A stretch of 32,000 bases of DNA, taken from assembly GCF_000008565.1 (NCBI RefSeq), contig NC_001263.1, forward strand, positions 2,509,802 through 2,541,801, read 5' to 3'. A program made the translations under genes and the position numbers. Position 1 is the stretch's first letter, and the number at the start of each line of letters is the position of its first letter. Shown piece after piece: positions 19,057 to 28,046 of this stretch. This DNA is from Deinococcus radiodurans R1 = ATCC 13939 = DSM 20539. GTDB taxonomy: Bacteria > Deinococcota > Deinococci > Deinococcales > Deinococcaceae. Below the pieces are notes generated by a model. That model did not search any database and was not told the origin of the DNA. It saw nothing but the letters and a program-made list of their open reading frames with translations.

Positions 19057-20463
19057 ATGGATACCTTTGACGTTCTGGTGATTGGGGGCGGCCCCGCGGG
19101 GTACGTGGCGGCCATTCGTGCGGCGCAGCTCGGGTTCAAAACGGCCTGTGTGGACGCCTTCGAGCGGGGCGGCAAGCCCAGCCTGGGCGGCACCTGCCTG
19201 AACGTGGGCTGCATTCCCAGCAAGGCGCTGCTCGATTCCTCCGAGCGCTTCGAGATGATTTCGCACGACACCGCCGAGCACGGCATTCAGGTGGCCCAGC
19301 CTCAGATCGATGTCAGCAAGATGCTCGCCCGCAAGGACGGCGTGGTGGACAAGCTGACCGGCGGCGTCGCTTTCCTCTTCAGGAAGAACAAGGTCACGTC
19401 CTTCCACGGCTACGGCAAGCTCGTGCGCCAGGACGGCCAGGAGTGGGTCGTGGACGCAGCGGGCACCGAAGTCAAGGCCAAGAACGTGATCGTGGCAACG
19501 GGCAGCAACCCCCGCGCCCTGCCCGGTGTGCCCTTCGGCGGCCACATCGTGGAAAACAGCGGCGCCCTGCAAATTGACCAGGTACCCGGCAAGCTCGGCG
19601 TGATCGGCGCGGGCGTGATCGGCCTCGAACTCGGCAGCGTGTGGCGGCGCCTCGGCGCTCAGGTGACCATCCTCGAAGCGATGCCCGGCTTCCTGATGGC
19701 CGCCGACGACGCGATTGCCAAAGAAGCCCTCAAACAGTTCCAGAAGCAGGGCCTCGACTTCCACTTCGGCGTCAAGATCGGCGAAATCAAGCAGGACGAC
19801 AGCGGCGTGACTGTCACCTATGAGGAAAACGGCTCGCAGGTGACCGCGCAGTTCGACAAGCTGATCGTGTCCATTGGCCGCGTGCCCAACACCGGGGGCC
19901 TGAACGCCGACGGCGTGGGTCTGGCGCTCGACGAGCGCGGCTTCGTCAAGGTGGACCAGCACTACCGCACCAACCTCCCCGGCGTGTACGCCATCGGCGA
20001 CGTGATCGGCGGCGCCATGCTGGCGCACAAGGCCGAGGAAGAAGGCGTGGCGCTCGCCGAAATGATCGCCGGACAGGCCGGGCACGTGAACTACGACGTG
20101 ATTCCCTGGATCATCTACACCAGCCCTGAAATCGCCTGGGCAGGCCTGACCGAGAAGCAGGCCAAGGAACGCGGCCTGAATGTCAAGACCGGGCAGTTCC
20201 CCTTCAGCGCCAACGGACGCGCCCTGGGCCACGGCGACCCGCGCGGCTTCGTCAAGGTCGTGGCCGACGCCCAGACCGACAAGCTGCTCGGCGTGCACAT
20301 GATCGGCGGTGGCGTGTCGGAACTCATCGGCGAAATCGTCGCCATCATGGAATTCGGTGGCAGCGCCGAGGACCTCGCCCGCACCATCCACGCCCACCCC
20401 ACGCTCTCCGAAGTGGTCAAGGAAGCGGCGCTGGCGGTGGACAAGCGCGCCATTCACATGTGA
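19057..20463 (+). CDS. lpdA: dihydrolipoyl (dihydrolipoamide) dehydrogenase, E3 component
   Basis: ATG 19057 after [28 protein letters not shown] (FAD), redox-active [26 protein letters not shown] (NAD), and a C-terminal HAHPTLSE. Confidence 0.9.
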   Translation: MDTFDVLVIGGGPAGYVAAIRAAQLGFKTACVDAFERGGKPSLGGTCLNVGCIPSKALLDSSERFEMISHDTAEHGIQVAQPQIDVSKMLARKDGVVDKLTGGVAFLFRKNKVTSFHGYGKLVRQDGQEWVVDAAGTEVKAKNVIVATGSNPRALPGVPFGGHIVENSGALQIDQVPGKLGVIGAGVIGLELGSVWRRLGAQVTILEAMPGFLMAADDAIAKEALKQFQKQGLDFHFGVKIGEIKQDDSGVTVTYEENGSQVTAQFDKLIVSIGRVPNTGGLNADGVGLALDERGFVKVDQHYRTNLPGVYAIGDVIGGAMLAHKAEEEGVALAEMIAGQAGHVNYDVIPWIIYTSPEIAWAGLTEKQAKERGLNVKTGQFPFSANGRALGHGDPRGFVKVVADAQTDKLLGVHMIGGGVSELIGEIVAIMEFGGSAEDLARTIHAHPTLSEVVKEAALAVDKRAIHM

Positions 20464-20478
20464 TCTGAGGAAAACAGG

Positions 20479-20520
20479 GGGCAGAGGGGAAGGCGATGTT
20501 CCCTCTGCCCTCTTCTCTTG
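20479..20520 (+). terminator. intrinsic terminator after lpdA
   Basis: 10-bp stem gggcagaggg (20479-20488) / ccctctgccc (20501-20510), followed by tcttctcttg. Confidence 0.6.
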
Positions 20521-20543
20521 ACCCTAGCTTTCCGCTGTCCCCC

Positions 20544-20572
20544 TTGACGAACACATGATGTCCCTGTATCTT
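20544..20572 (+). promoter_or_regulatory. candidate promoter for tRNA-Glu: TTGACG-17 nt-TATCTT
   Basis: TTGACG at 20544-20549, 17-nt spacer, TATCTT at 20567-20572, about 60 nt upstream of the tRNA. Confidence 0.45.
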
Positions 20573-20632
20573 TCTGTGCGTGCCGGAAACGGCGCCCCTT
20601 GAAAGGCAGAAGAGTTTAAACCCCCTTCTGAA

Positions 20633-20712
<80 letters not shown>

Positions 20713-20715
20713 AAA

Positions 20716-20748
20716 CCGCGCTCTCCTCGTGAGGGCGCGGCTTTTTTT
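20716..20748 (+). terminator. intrinsic terminator after tRNA-Glu
   Basis: ccgcgc...gcgcgg hairpin followed by cttttttt (T7 at 20742-20748). Confidence 0.6.
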
Positions 20749-20763
20749 GTGCTCCTAGTAAGC

Positions 20764-20789
20764 AAAAAAAGCCAGCGCACTGGCTGGCC
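20764..20789 (-). terminator. intrinsic terminator of the 154-aa lipoprotein gene
   Basis: Minus strand: GCCAG-tgcg-CTGGC immediately followed by TTTTTTT. Confidence 0.6.
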
Positions 20790-20811
20790 TTCTTGTTGAA
20801 AACCGAACTGC

Positions 20812-21276
20812 TCAGCGCGCCGCAGTAAGGTCGTAGTTGTTGAGCACGACCGTCTGGATATCGCCGTTCGCGTCGTTGCGAATGTTCCAGCCGTACTTGA
20901 CGCCGCTGTAGACATAGTTGTCGCGCGGCGCGTAGATCAGGCTCTTGCCGTTGTGGCGGCTGAGCACCACGTCGCCGCTGTCGTAGGCGTTGTTGTTGTT
21001 GGCGTCGCGGAAGACGATCAGGCGGTAGACGCCCGACTGCACGTTGCGCGGCAGGGCAAAGGTATAGCCGCCGGTCAGCACCTTGTCGATCACCTGGGCG
21101 CGGCGACCGTCGGCGACGTACTGACTGTTGTTGAAGCCGACCAGCGCGAGGCGCAGGTTCTGGTCGCTGTTGAAGCCGTTCAATTGACCCGACACGACGG
21201 CGGCGCGGGTGCCGACCACACTGCAAGAGCTGAGGGCCACAGTACCGAGAAGAGCGAGCGTCAGTGCTTTTTTCAT
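20812..21276 (-). CDS. hypothetical lipoprotein (154 aa)
   Basis: ATG 21276 after AAGGAG. MKKALTLALLGTVALSSCSV has a lipobox. The rest is beta-rich and Asn/Val/Tyr-rich. I recognise no family. Confidence 0.65.
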   Translation of the reverse strand: MKKALTLALLGTVALSSCSVVGTRAAVVSGQLNGFNSDQNLRLALVGFNNSQYVADGRRAQVIDKVLTGGYTFALPRNVQSGVYRLIVFRDANNNNAYDSGDVVLSRHNGKSLIYAPRDNYVYSGVKYGWNIRNDANGDIQTVVLNNYDLTAAR

Positions 21277-21422
21277 GGGAATGCTCCTTTGCCGCACGGA
21301 AGCGCGGCCCGGGTCCAGGGTGTTGGGGCGGGTGCCCGGAATGATCTTCAGGCTACAAATGCCCTCAGGGCCGGACAAGGGCCGCTTCCTTTATCCTTCG
21401 CTCGCACATTGGGCGGGGGAAG

Positions 21423-21530
21423 CCTGAGCATTTGACATAGCAAAGACCCCTCACCCCTGCCTTTGGCAGGCCCTCTCCCCTGGGTAGAGGGTCAAACAGC
21501 GCCAGATAATTCTCTTGTCAAACGCTCTAG
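21423..21530. repeat. MITE-like small noncoding repeat, copy A (~105 bp)
   Basis: Imperfect terminal inverted repeats cctgagcatttgaca ... tgtcaaacgctctagg. The core ccctcacccctgcctttggcaggccctctcccctgggtagagggtcaaacagcgc is shared with the copies at 30968 (inverted) and 31872. Confidence 0.7.
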
Positions 21531-21538
21531 GCACTAAC

Positions 21539-21578
21539 GGAAGAAGGGACACCTGCAAGTGTCTGCCGCAGGTGCCCC
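21539..21578 (-). terminator. probable intrinsic terminator of the DUF937-TM-Ig-like gene
   Basis: Minus strand: GGGCACCTGC-ggcagacactt-GCAGGTG(T)CCC followed by TTCTTCC. Confidence 0.5.
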
Positions 21579-21604
21579 AGGATGTCAGAGGACTGCAGGT
21601 CAGC

Positions 21605-23974
21605 TCAGCGGGCGCGGACCTTGAGGTTCAGGGTCGAGTCGGCGGGAGCGCTGGCGCTGGTGCCGCTGGCACGCACTTCGTAGATCACGTCGTTGACGGT
21701 GCCGGAGCGGCCACCGGGGTCACTGCTGTAGCTCCAGGTGCAGCCGCTGCTCAGCGGAATTTCCTTGGTGCCCACGATGCGGCCCGCACGGCGCACGGTT
21801 ACGGTGTAGCCGCTGCCGCTGCCCACGCCGCCGAAACGGAAGGGGGCGGTCACGGTTTCGCCGTCGTTCACGCTGACCGACAGGTCCTGCGAGCACTTGC
21901 CGGTCGCCGTGCCCGCCGTGATGGTCAGGGGCAGGCTGGCGACCTGCTCGCCGCCGCTGTCCTGAATGGTGTAGGTCTTGCTGCCCTCGGTCGGCGCGGC
22001 CACGTCGGCACTCCACGTGCCGTCGTCACCCACCTTGAAGGTGCCCACGCTGGTGCCGTCTTCGAGCAGTTCGTAGGTTTCGCCCGCCTTGCCGGTGCCG
22101 GTCAGGTTGAAGCCGGTGGCCGGCACTTCGGCGTCCCTGGCCGGTTCGCTGACGACGAAGTCACCGCTGCTGGCCGTTCCCGCAGTGCCCTCACTGTCGG
22201 TGCTGCCTGCATTGGCGTCGCTGTCGGTGCTGCCGGTGCCGCTCGCCGCCGCGTCCGTATCGGTGACGTTCACCTTGAACTCGGTCTTGGCGCCTTCGCC
22301 GCCGATGACGCTGTAGGTGTGCTCGCCAGCCGTCGGGGCGGGGATGTCGGCGGTCCAGTTGCCCTCGCCGTCGGCGGTGGACTCGGCGACGGTCTGGCCT
22401 TCGTCCTCGATCTTGAGGTGCATGTTGGGGGCCGCCGTGCCGCTCATGGTGAAGGGCTTGGCCGGCAGGTTGCTGCCCGACTCGGCGGGGGTGGTCACGA
22501 TGATGCCGCTGTCCTGCGCCGTCGTGCCGGTCGTGCTGGTGTTGGTCTGTGTCGTCTGGTTCTGGGTGGTCTTGTTTTGGTTGTTCAGAAGCCAGCAGCC
22601 ACCGAGCAGCAGCGGAATGAGCAGCAGCCACCAGGGGGACACGCCCCGGCGGGGCGGAACGGGCGGAACAGCCGCCGTGGTGGTCGTGGTGACCGGCGTG
22701 CTGGGGGGCGGCGGAGGCGTGACGGGCGGGGCCGACTCGACCACTTTGGGCGTCGCTGCCGCCACGACTTCCTGGGTCGCCGGTGGCTGAGCAGCGGCAG
22801 TGACCGGAGCGGGAGAGGTCTGAGCTGCCGCGCCGGTGCTGAGCAGCCCGGCGATGCCGCCCATACCGGCGGGAATCAGGTCCGGCAGCTTGTCCTGCAT
22901 GGCCCCCAGCAGGCCGCTCAGGACCAACGGGCTCATGCGCGAGCTGCGGGCGAGGCGGCCCAGGACCGCGAGCACCAGCGGCGTGAGCAGCGCGAGCAGG
23001 CGACCCGCGTTGGCCCCGCTGCCACTCAGCGCCGTGCCCAGGCGTCCGGTCAGGGCGTCCACGTTGCCGTAAAGCTGGCCCAGCACGCCCCGGCCCTGGC
23101 CTTCGAGCCGCGCCATTTCCGCGCTGTCGGACAGCAGCCCAGCGTCCAGGCGCCCGCCCTCACCGGCAAGGCGGTCGAGGTCCTGGCTGTTGCTGAGCAG
23201 TTCCGCCGCGCCCGCCTCGGTCCGGCCCCGGCTGATCCAGGGCGCTGAGCACCACCGGCAGGGCGCCCTGCACGGCCTTGCCCGCCGTGGCGCCGCTGAA
23301 GCCCGCCGCGCGGCCAATGCGGTCGGCGTTTTCGCCGCTGAACTCGCTACGCAGGGTGTCGAGCAGGCTGCTGGGGGTAATGGCCCCCGGCGCGAGCTGC
23401 GCCGCCGTGACGCCGTTGGCGGGAGGAGGCGGGGGCACGGCGGCGCCGGCCACGCCAGCCGCACTGGTGCCCACCGCAGCGGCCCCGGCAGCGAGTCCCG
23501 CGCCGAGGTCGAGGTCGCCCAGGCCACCGCGCAGGCCGCCGAGCACGCTCTCGGCGCTCGCCGCGTCCAAGCCCTGACGGCCCAGCAGGCTCAACACGAG
23601 CGGGACGCCATGTTCATGACCTTCTGCACGCCGCCCACGCTGCCACCCACCCGACGGGTGACCTGCTGCACGATGTCCTCGGCCTGGGTGCCGAGCAGGG
23701 CCGGCGCGAGCAGTTCGCCCGCCCGTTGCAGGTCGAGTGCCCCGCTGGACGTGTTCAGGGCGTCTTGCACCGAACCGAAGCGCGGCAGGTTGCTGACCGC
23801 CTCACCGATTTGCGAGCGGCCTTCAGGCGTCTGGGCATGGGCGGCGAGCGCGTCGAGTTGCAGCGGCAGCCCCAGGCTCAGCGCCCGCTGGGTGAGGGTG
23901 GGGTCGAGTCCGGCCACCTGCCCGAGCTGAGCGACGGCTTGCTGATCGAAATACGACTGAATGATGTCCTTCAT
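21605..23974 (-). pseudogene. composite ~790-codon gene: two DUF937-like regions, a Pro/Thr linker, a TM helix, two Ig-like repeats and a Cys-containing beta domain; read through two frame disruptions
   Basis: Three track ORFs are pieces of one gene. Piece 1 is 23591..24031, real from ATG 23974 (MKDIIQSYFDQQAVAQLG...). Piece 2 is 23160..23597 (...[16 protein letters not shown]...[10 protein letters not shown]). Piece 3 is 21605..23527, meaningful only from about 23235 (...[15 protein letters not shown]... to the end). High GC3 and protein-like composition follow frame 1, then 2, then 1, switching near 23600-23612 and 23218-23245. Confidence 0.65.
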
Positions 23975-24135
23975 ACGTCCTCCGGTGAAGCTGAGCAGAC
24001 AACGGACCGGCGAGCAGTCCAGACTGAACAAGGGTATCTTTTCACAGTTCGCCGGTCTGCCCCCACCCTCTAAACGTTTCTTTAGCCGCGCTCAGAGCCG
24101 CTTTTGCCGCCGCGCCAGGGAGTAGGCTGCTGGAC

Positions 24136-24987
24136 ATGACCCCGCCCTCGCCGCTGAAATCCGCCGCCTGGCTGCTCGCGCAGCGGCCGGGCGCCGTGCG
24201 CGTGCTCGACTGCCGCTACGCCCTGAGCGACCCGCTGCTCGGGCGCCTCGCCTATCTGGAAGGGCATATTCCCGGCGCGGTCTACGCCGACCTCGAAACC
24301 GACCTCAGCGGGCCGGTGCAGCCCGGCGGCGAGGGCGGGCGCCACCCGCTGCCCGACCCGCCGGTGCTGGCAGACTGGCTCGGCGCGGCGGGCATCGGCA
24401 ACGGCGACGTGGTGGTGTGCTACGACGACCCGGGCGGCGGCCAGGGCTTTTACGCGGCGCGGGCGTGGTGGCTGCTGCGCTGGCTGGGGCACCGCGAGGT
24501 GTATGTGCTCGACGGCGGCTGGCCCGCGTACCTCGCGGCGGGGGGCGAAGCGAGCACCGAGGAACCGCACCCCGTGCCCACGACTTTTACGCCGGACGTG
24601 CAGCCCGAACTGGTAGCGACGGCGCAGGACGTACAGAACCGGGAGGACGGGGTGCTGCTCATCGATTCGCGCGCGCCAGAACGCTACCGGGGCGACAGCG
24701 AGCCGCTCGATAAAAAAGCCGGGCACATCCCCGGCGCGGTCAACCGGCCTTTCAGCGCCGCGCTGGACGAGCAGGGGCAGTTCCGGGCGGGCGCCGAGCA
24801 GGCGGGGCGACTGGCCGCCGGAGACGCCCCCACCATCATCTACTGCGGCAGCGGGGTGAGTGCGACCCCCAACCTGCTCGCCCGCGAACTCGCCGGGGTG
24901 CCGCTGGGGCCGAACAACCGCCTGTACGCCGGGTCGTGGAGCGACTGGGTGAGCGACGAGGGCAGGCCGGTGGCAACGGGGGAATGA
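24136..24987 (+). CDS. sseA: tandem-rhodanese sulfurtransferase (thiosulfate / 3-mercaptopyruvate sulfurtransferase)
   Basis: 283 aa. EGHIPGAV in both halves, the linker GGW..Y, and the active-site loop [11 protein letters not shown]. Confidence 0.85.
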   Translation: MTPPSPLKSAAWLLAQRPGAVRVLDCRYALSDPLLGRLAYLEGHIPGAVYADLETDLSGPVQPGGEGGRHPLPDPPVLADWLGAAGIGNGDVVVCYDDPGGGQGFYAARAWWLLRWLGHREVYVLDGGWPAYLAAGGEASTEEPHPVPTTFTPDVQPELVATAQDVQNREDGVLLIDSRAPERYRGDSEPLDKKAGHIPGAVNRPFSAALDEQGQFRAGAEQAGRLAAGDAPTIIYCGSGVSATPNLLARELAGVPLGPNNRLYAGSWSDWVSDEGRPVATGE

Positions 24988-24988
24988 G

Positions 24989-25378
24989 TTAGGGAATGTT
25001 CGCTTTGAGGCAGGGCAGCGACTGGCGCATGTCCTCCGCCCGAAAGGTCAGGTTTTGGATGTTCGGATTCCTGGTGCCGTGCTGATAAGTCACGCTCGCC
25101 GCATCCCAGACAACCTTGCCTGACCAGTCTGACCCCGGCCAATAGCGGCGGCGCATCAGCAACAGCGGTTGGTCCGTGCAGCGCACTTCGAGATATTGCT
25201 CGGCCAGCCCGCGATTTGGGCCCCAGCCGCCCCACAGGTCTATCGCCCGCAGTTCCAGGCCCTGCCACTCCCCTGTCGGCGCCGCCCAGGTGCGGACGAT
25301 TTTTTCGTTCTGCTCGGCACAACCGACCAACAGCAGGGGAACCAGGGGAAGGAAAAGCAGGCGCCTTCGCCTGGGCAG
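24989..25378 (-). CDS. small Trp-rich lipoprotein of unknown function; start codon unresolved (track ORF 24989..25330)
   Basis: In-frame codons upstream of TTG 25330 encode PRRRRLLFLPLVPLLLVGC, a complete lipoprotein signal plus lipobox. The only possible initiator before the upstream TAG (25384-25382) is CTG at 25378-25376. Confidence 0.5.
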   Translation of the reverse strand: MPRRRRLLFLPLVPLLLVGCAEQNEKIVRTWAAPTGEWQGLELRAIDLWGGWGPNRGLAEQYLEVRCTDQPLLLMRRRYWPGSDWSGKVVWDAASVTYQHGTRNPNIQNLTFRAEDMRQSLPCLKANIP

Positions 25379-25434
25379 AGGCTAGGGCGCAGACGGCAAA
25401 GAAAGCGTCAGGCAAAAGGTGGCGGGGCAGCGCA

Positions 25435-26535
25435 TCACCGCAGCGTTACGCTGTCGGTTTCGTTGCCTGGATCGCGGTACTGCACGCGCCATTTCGCGCC
25501 GGCGCCGTCGGCCCGCAGGCCCTCGGGGGTTTTGGGGTCGGGAAAGGTGCAGTAGCCGCCCGTCTGGGCACCCTGCCAGGGTTTCGCGTCGGCCTCGCTG
25601 GTGCCGATGACACTGCCCGACCACTGAACACCGCGCAGGTAGGAGCCGCTGGCGAGGTTCTGGTGCCCGCGCTTCTGGCCGATGGTCGTCATGCGCTTGA
25701 GGATGTTGCCGCCGCCCGCCGCGTCCCAGCCGTAGCGCGGGTCCACTGGGGCGCGCAGGGTGAGGCTGGCGGCTTCACGGTCCACGTTGGTCACGCCGCT
25801 CATGGTCATGCTCAGAATCGTCTGCCCCGCTTCCTGGCTGACCCAGAAGGTGAGTTCGGCGGCCTGCCCCGCCAGCAGCCGCCAGGGGTCGCCGCTGCGC
25901 TGGCGCTCGGTGGCGACGGTCACGGCACTTGGGCCGCCGGGCTGCTCGATGAGGAAAAAGGGCGCCCAGTCGTCCTGCTCGCGGGCCATGTAGCGCCCGT
26001 GCTGAAACCCGGCGTCTACCGCGCCGCCCCGCCCGCCCCAGCCGCCCACGTACACGAAGGCGGTGTCGCCGCTGCCGAGCGACTTTTCCTCGTACAGGTC
26101 GGCGGATTTGTCGGTAGGCAGATAGACTGCGCTGCGCTGGTAGGCGTAACCGGGCTTGGAATACACGCGGCGGTAGGGGCCGGTCTGCTCGTCTTTGCAC
26201 TCCACCTTGACGCCGGGCGGCACCTTCTGGCCCGCGCCGTCGTGCTGCGTAGTAGCGGGCGCGGTGCCGAAGATTTTGGAAATCAGGCTGCCCAGGCCGC
26301 CGCCCGTGCCCTGCACCGCCCGCAGCTCGCCCGTGACCGGGTGGGGCGCAAACCGGTGAAACTCCAGAGCGCCCGCCAGCGCCGCGCTGTTCGCCGTGAC
26401 GCCGCGCTCGGTGAGCACCGCGACGTGCTGCGCCTGCTCTGCTGTGAGCCCCGGCAGCAGCGCCCGTAGCAGCTCGGGGTCGGGGCCGTGGGGCGCGGGG
26501 GGCGCGGCGTGGGGGGCGGGCGTCCAGAGGGTCAT
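25435..26535 (-). CDS. hypothetical protein, 366 aa, no family recognised
   Basis: This is the 3' part of the 806-aa track ORF. ATG 26535 (MTLWTPAPHAAPPAPHG...) is the first start not antisense to grpB/aguB. The composition is protein-like and Gly/Trp/Tyr-rich beta-type (FVYVGGWGGRGGAVDAGFQHG..., ILKRMTTIGQKRG..., GGYCTFPDP) with high GC3. No N-terminal signal peptide. Confidence 0.6.
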   Translation of the reverse strand: MTLWTPAPHAAPPAPHGPDPELLRALLPGLTAEQAQHVAVLTERGVTANSAALAGALEFHRFAPHPVTGELRAVQGTGGGLGSLISKIFGTAPATTQHDGAGQKVPPGVKVECKDEQTGPYRRVYSKPGYAYQRSAVYLPTDKSADLYEEKSLGSGDTAFVYVGGWGGRGGAVDAGFQHGRYMAREQDDWAPFFLIEQPGGPSAVTVATERQRSGDPWRLLAGQAAELTFWVSQEAGQTILSMTMSGVTNVDREAASLTLRAPVDPRYGWDAAGGGNILKRMTTIGQKRGHQNLASGSYLRGVQWSGSVIGTSEADAKPWQGAQTGGYCTFPDPKTPEGLRADGAGAKWRVQYRDPGNETDSVTLR

Positions 26536-26577
26536 GGGGCGAGTGTAGAGGGTGGCCGCACCCGTCAGACTGAAGGC

Positions 26578-27054
26578 ATGGACCTCATCTCGCCTGACCC
26601 CGGACGTTGGGCCGCCCGGTTCGACCGGCATCGGTGGCGAATTCGACTCGCTCTTCCCCAGGCCCGCACCGAACACATCGGCAGTACAGCCATCGGCACC
26701 ATTTGCGCTAAAGATGTGGTGGACATTCTGGTCGGTGAAGTAGACGTGACGGCGGCGGCGCAGGCGCTCGTAAGTGCCGGATATGTCATCGAGGGCGAGC
26801 GGCCCAACCACATCTGGCTGTGCTGGCCGGACCCGCAACAGCGCGAAGCGGTAGTGCATGTGGTCATTGCGGGGGGCGACATCTGGCACCAACGGCTGCT
26901 TTTCCGTGATTTCCTGAAGCGCAGTCCTGCCGAGGCCCGGGCTTACGAAGCGCTCAAACAGAGGCTGGCGGCCCAGACCGACGACTGGGGCGAGTACACC
27001 GCGCAGAAAGCCGCTTTCGTCGCCCGAATCCTGCAAAGGGCAGCAGAAAGCTGA
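26578..27054 (+). CDS. GrpB-family (nucleotidyltransferase-fold) protein
   Basis: From ATG 26578, 158 aa. HIGSTAI...KDVVDILV, ...HVHVV..., W...LLFRDFLK..P..A..YE.LK are the GrpB blocks. Confidence 0.75.
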   Translation: MDLISPDPGRWAARFDRHRWRIRLALPQARTEHIGSTAIGTICAKDVVDILVGEVDVTAAAQALVSAGYVIEGERPNHIWLCWPDPQQREAVVHVVIAGGDIWHQRLLFRDFLKRSPAEARAYEALKQRLAAQTDDWGEYTAQKAAFVARILQRAAES

Positions 27055-27078
27055 CGGGCAGGCCAGTACACTCTGCCC

Positions 27079-27972
<894 letters not shown>

Positions 27973-28046
27973 GGCGCGGAGACTGATGCGGCGTATGCGC
28001 TGCCACAGCGTGTTGCCGCGCAGCCCGCTATAAGCAGGGCCAGCCC

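Noticed and set aside
18898-20457. 519-aa minus-strand ORF
   Set aside because: Antisense to lpdA (FAD/NAD folds and the redox disulfide are on the + strand). The His/Gly/Ala/Val-rich translation has no motifs.
21515-23248. 577-aa + strand ORF
   Set aside because: Antisense to the Ig-like/TM part of the DUF937 composite gene. Arg/Gly/Ala-rich repeats ([11 protein letters not shown]...) are typical shadow translation.
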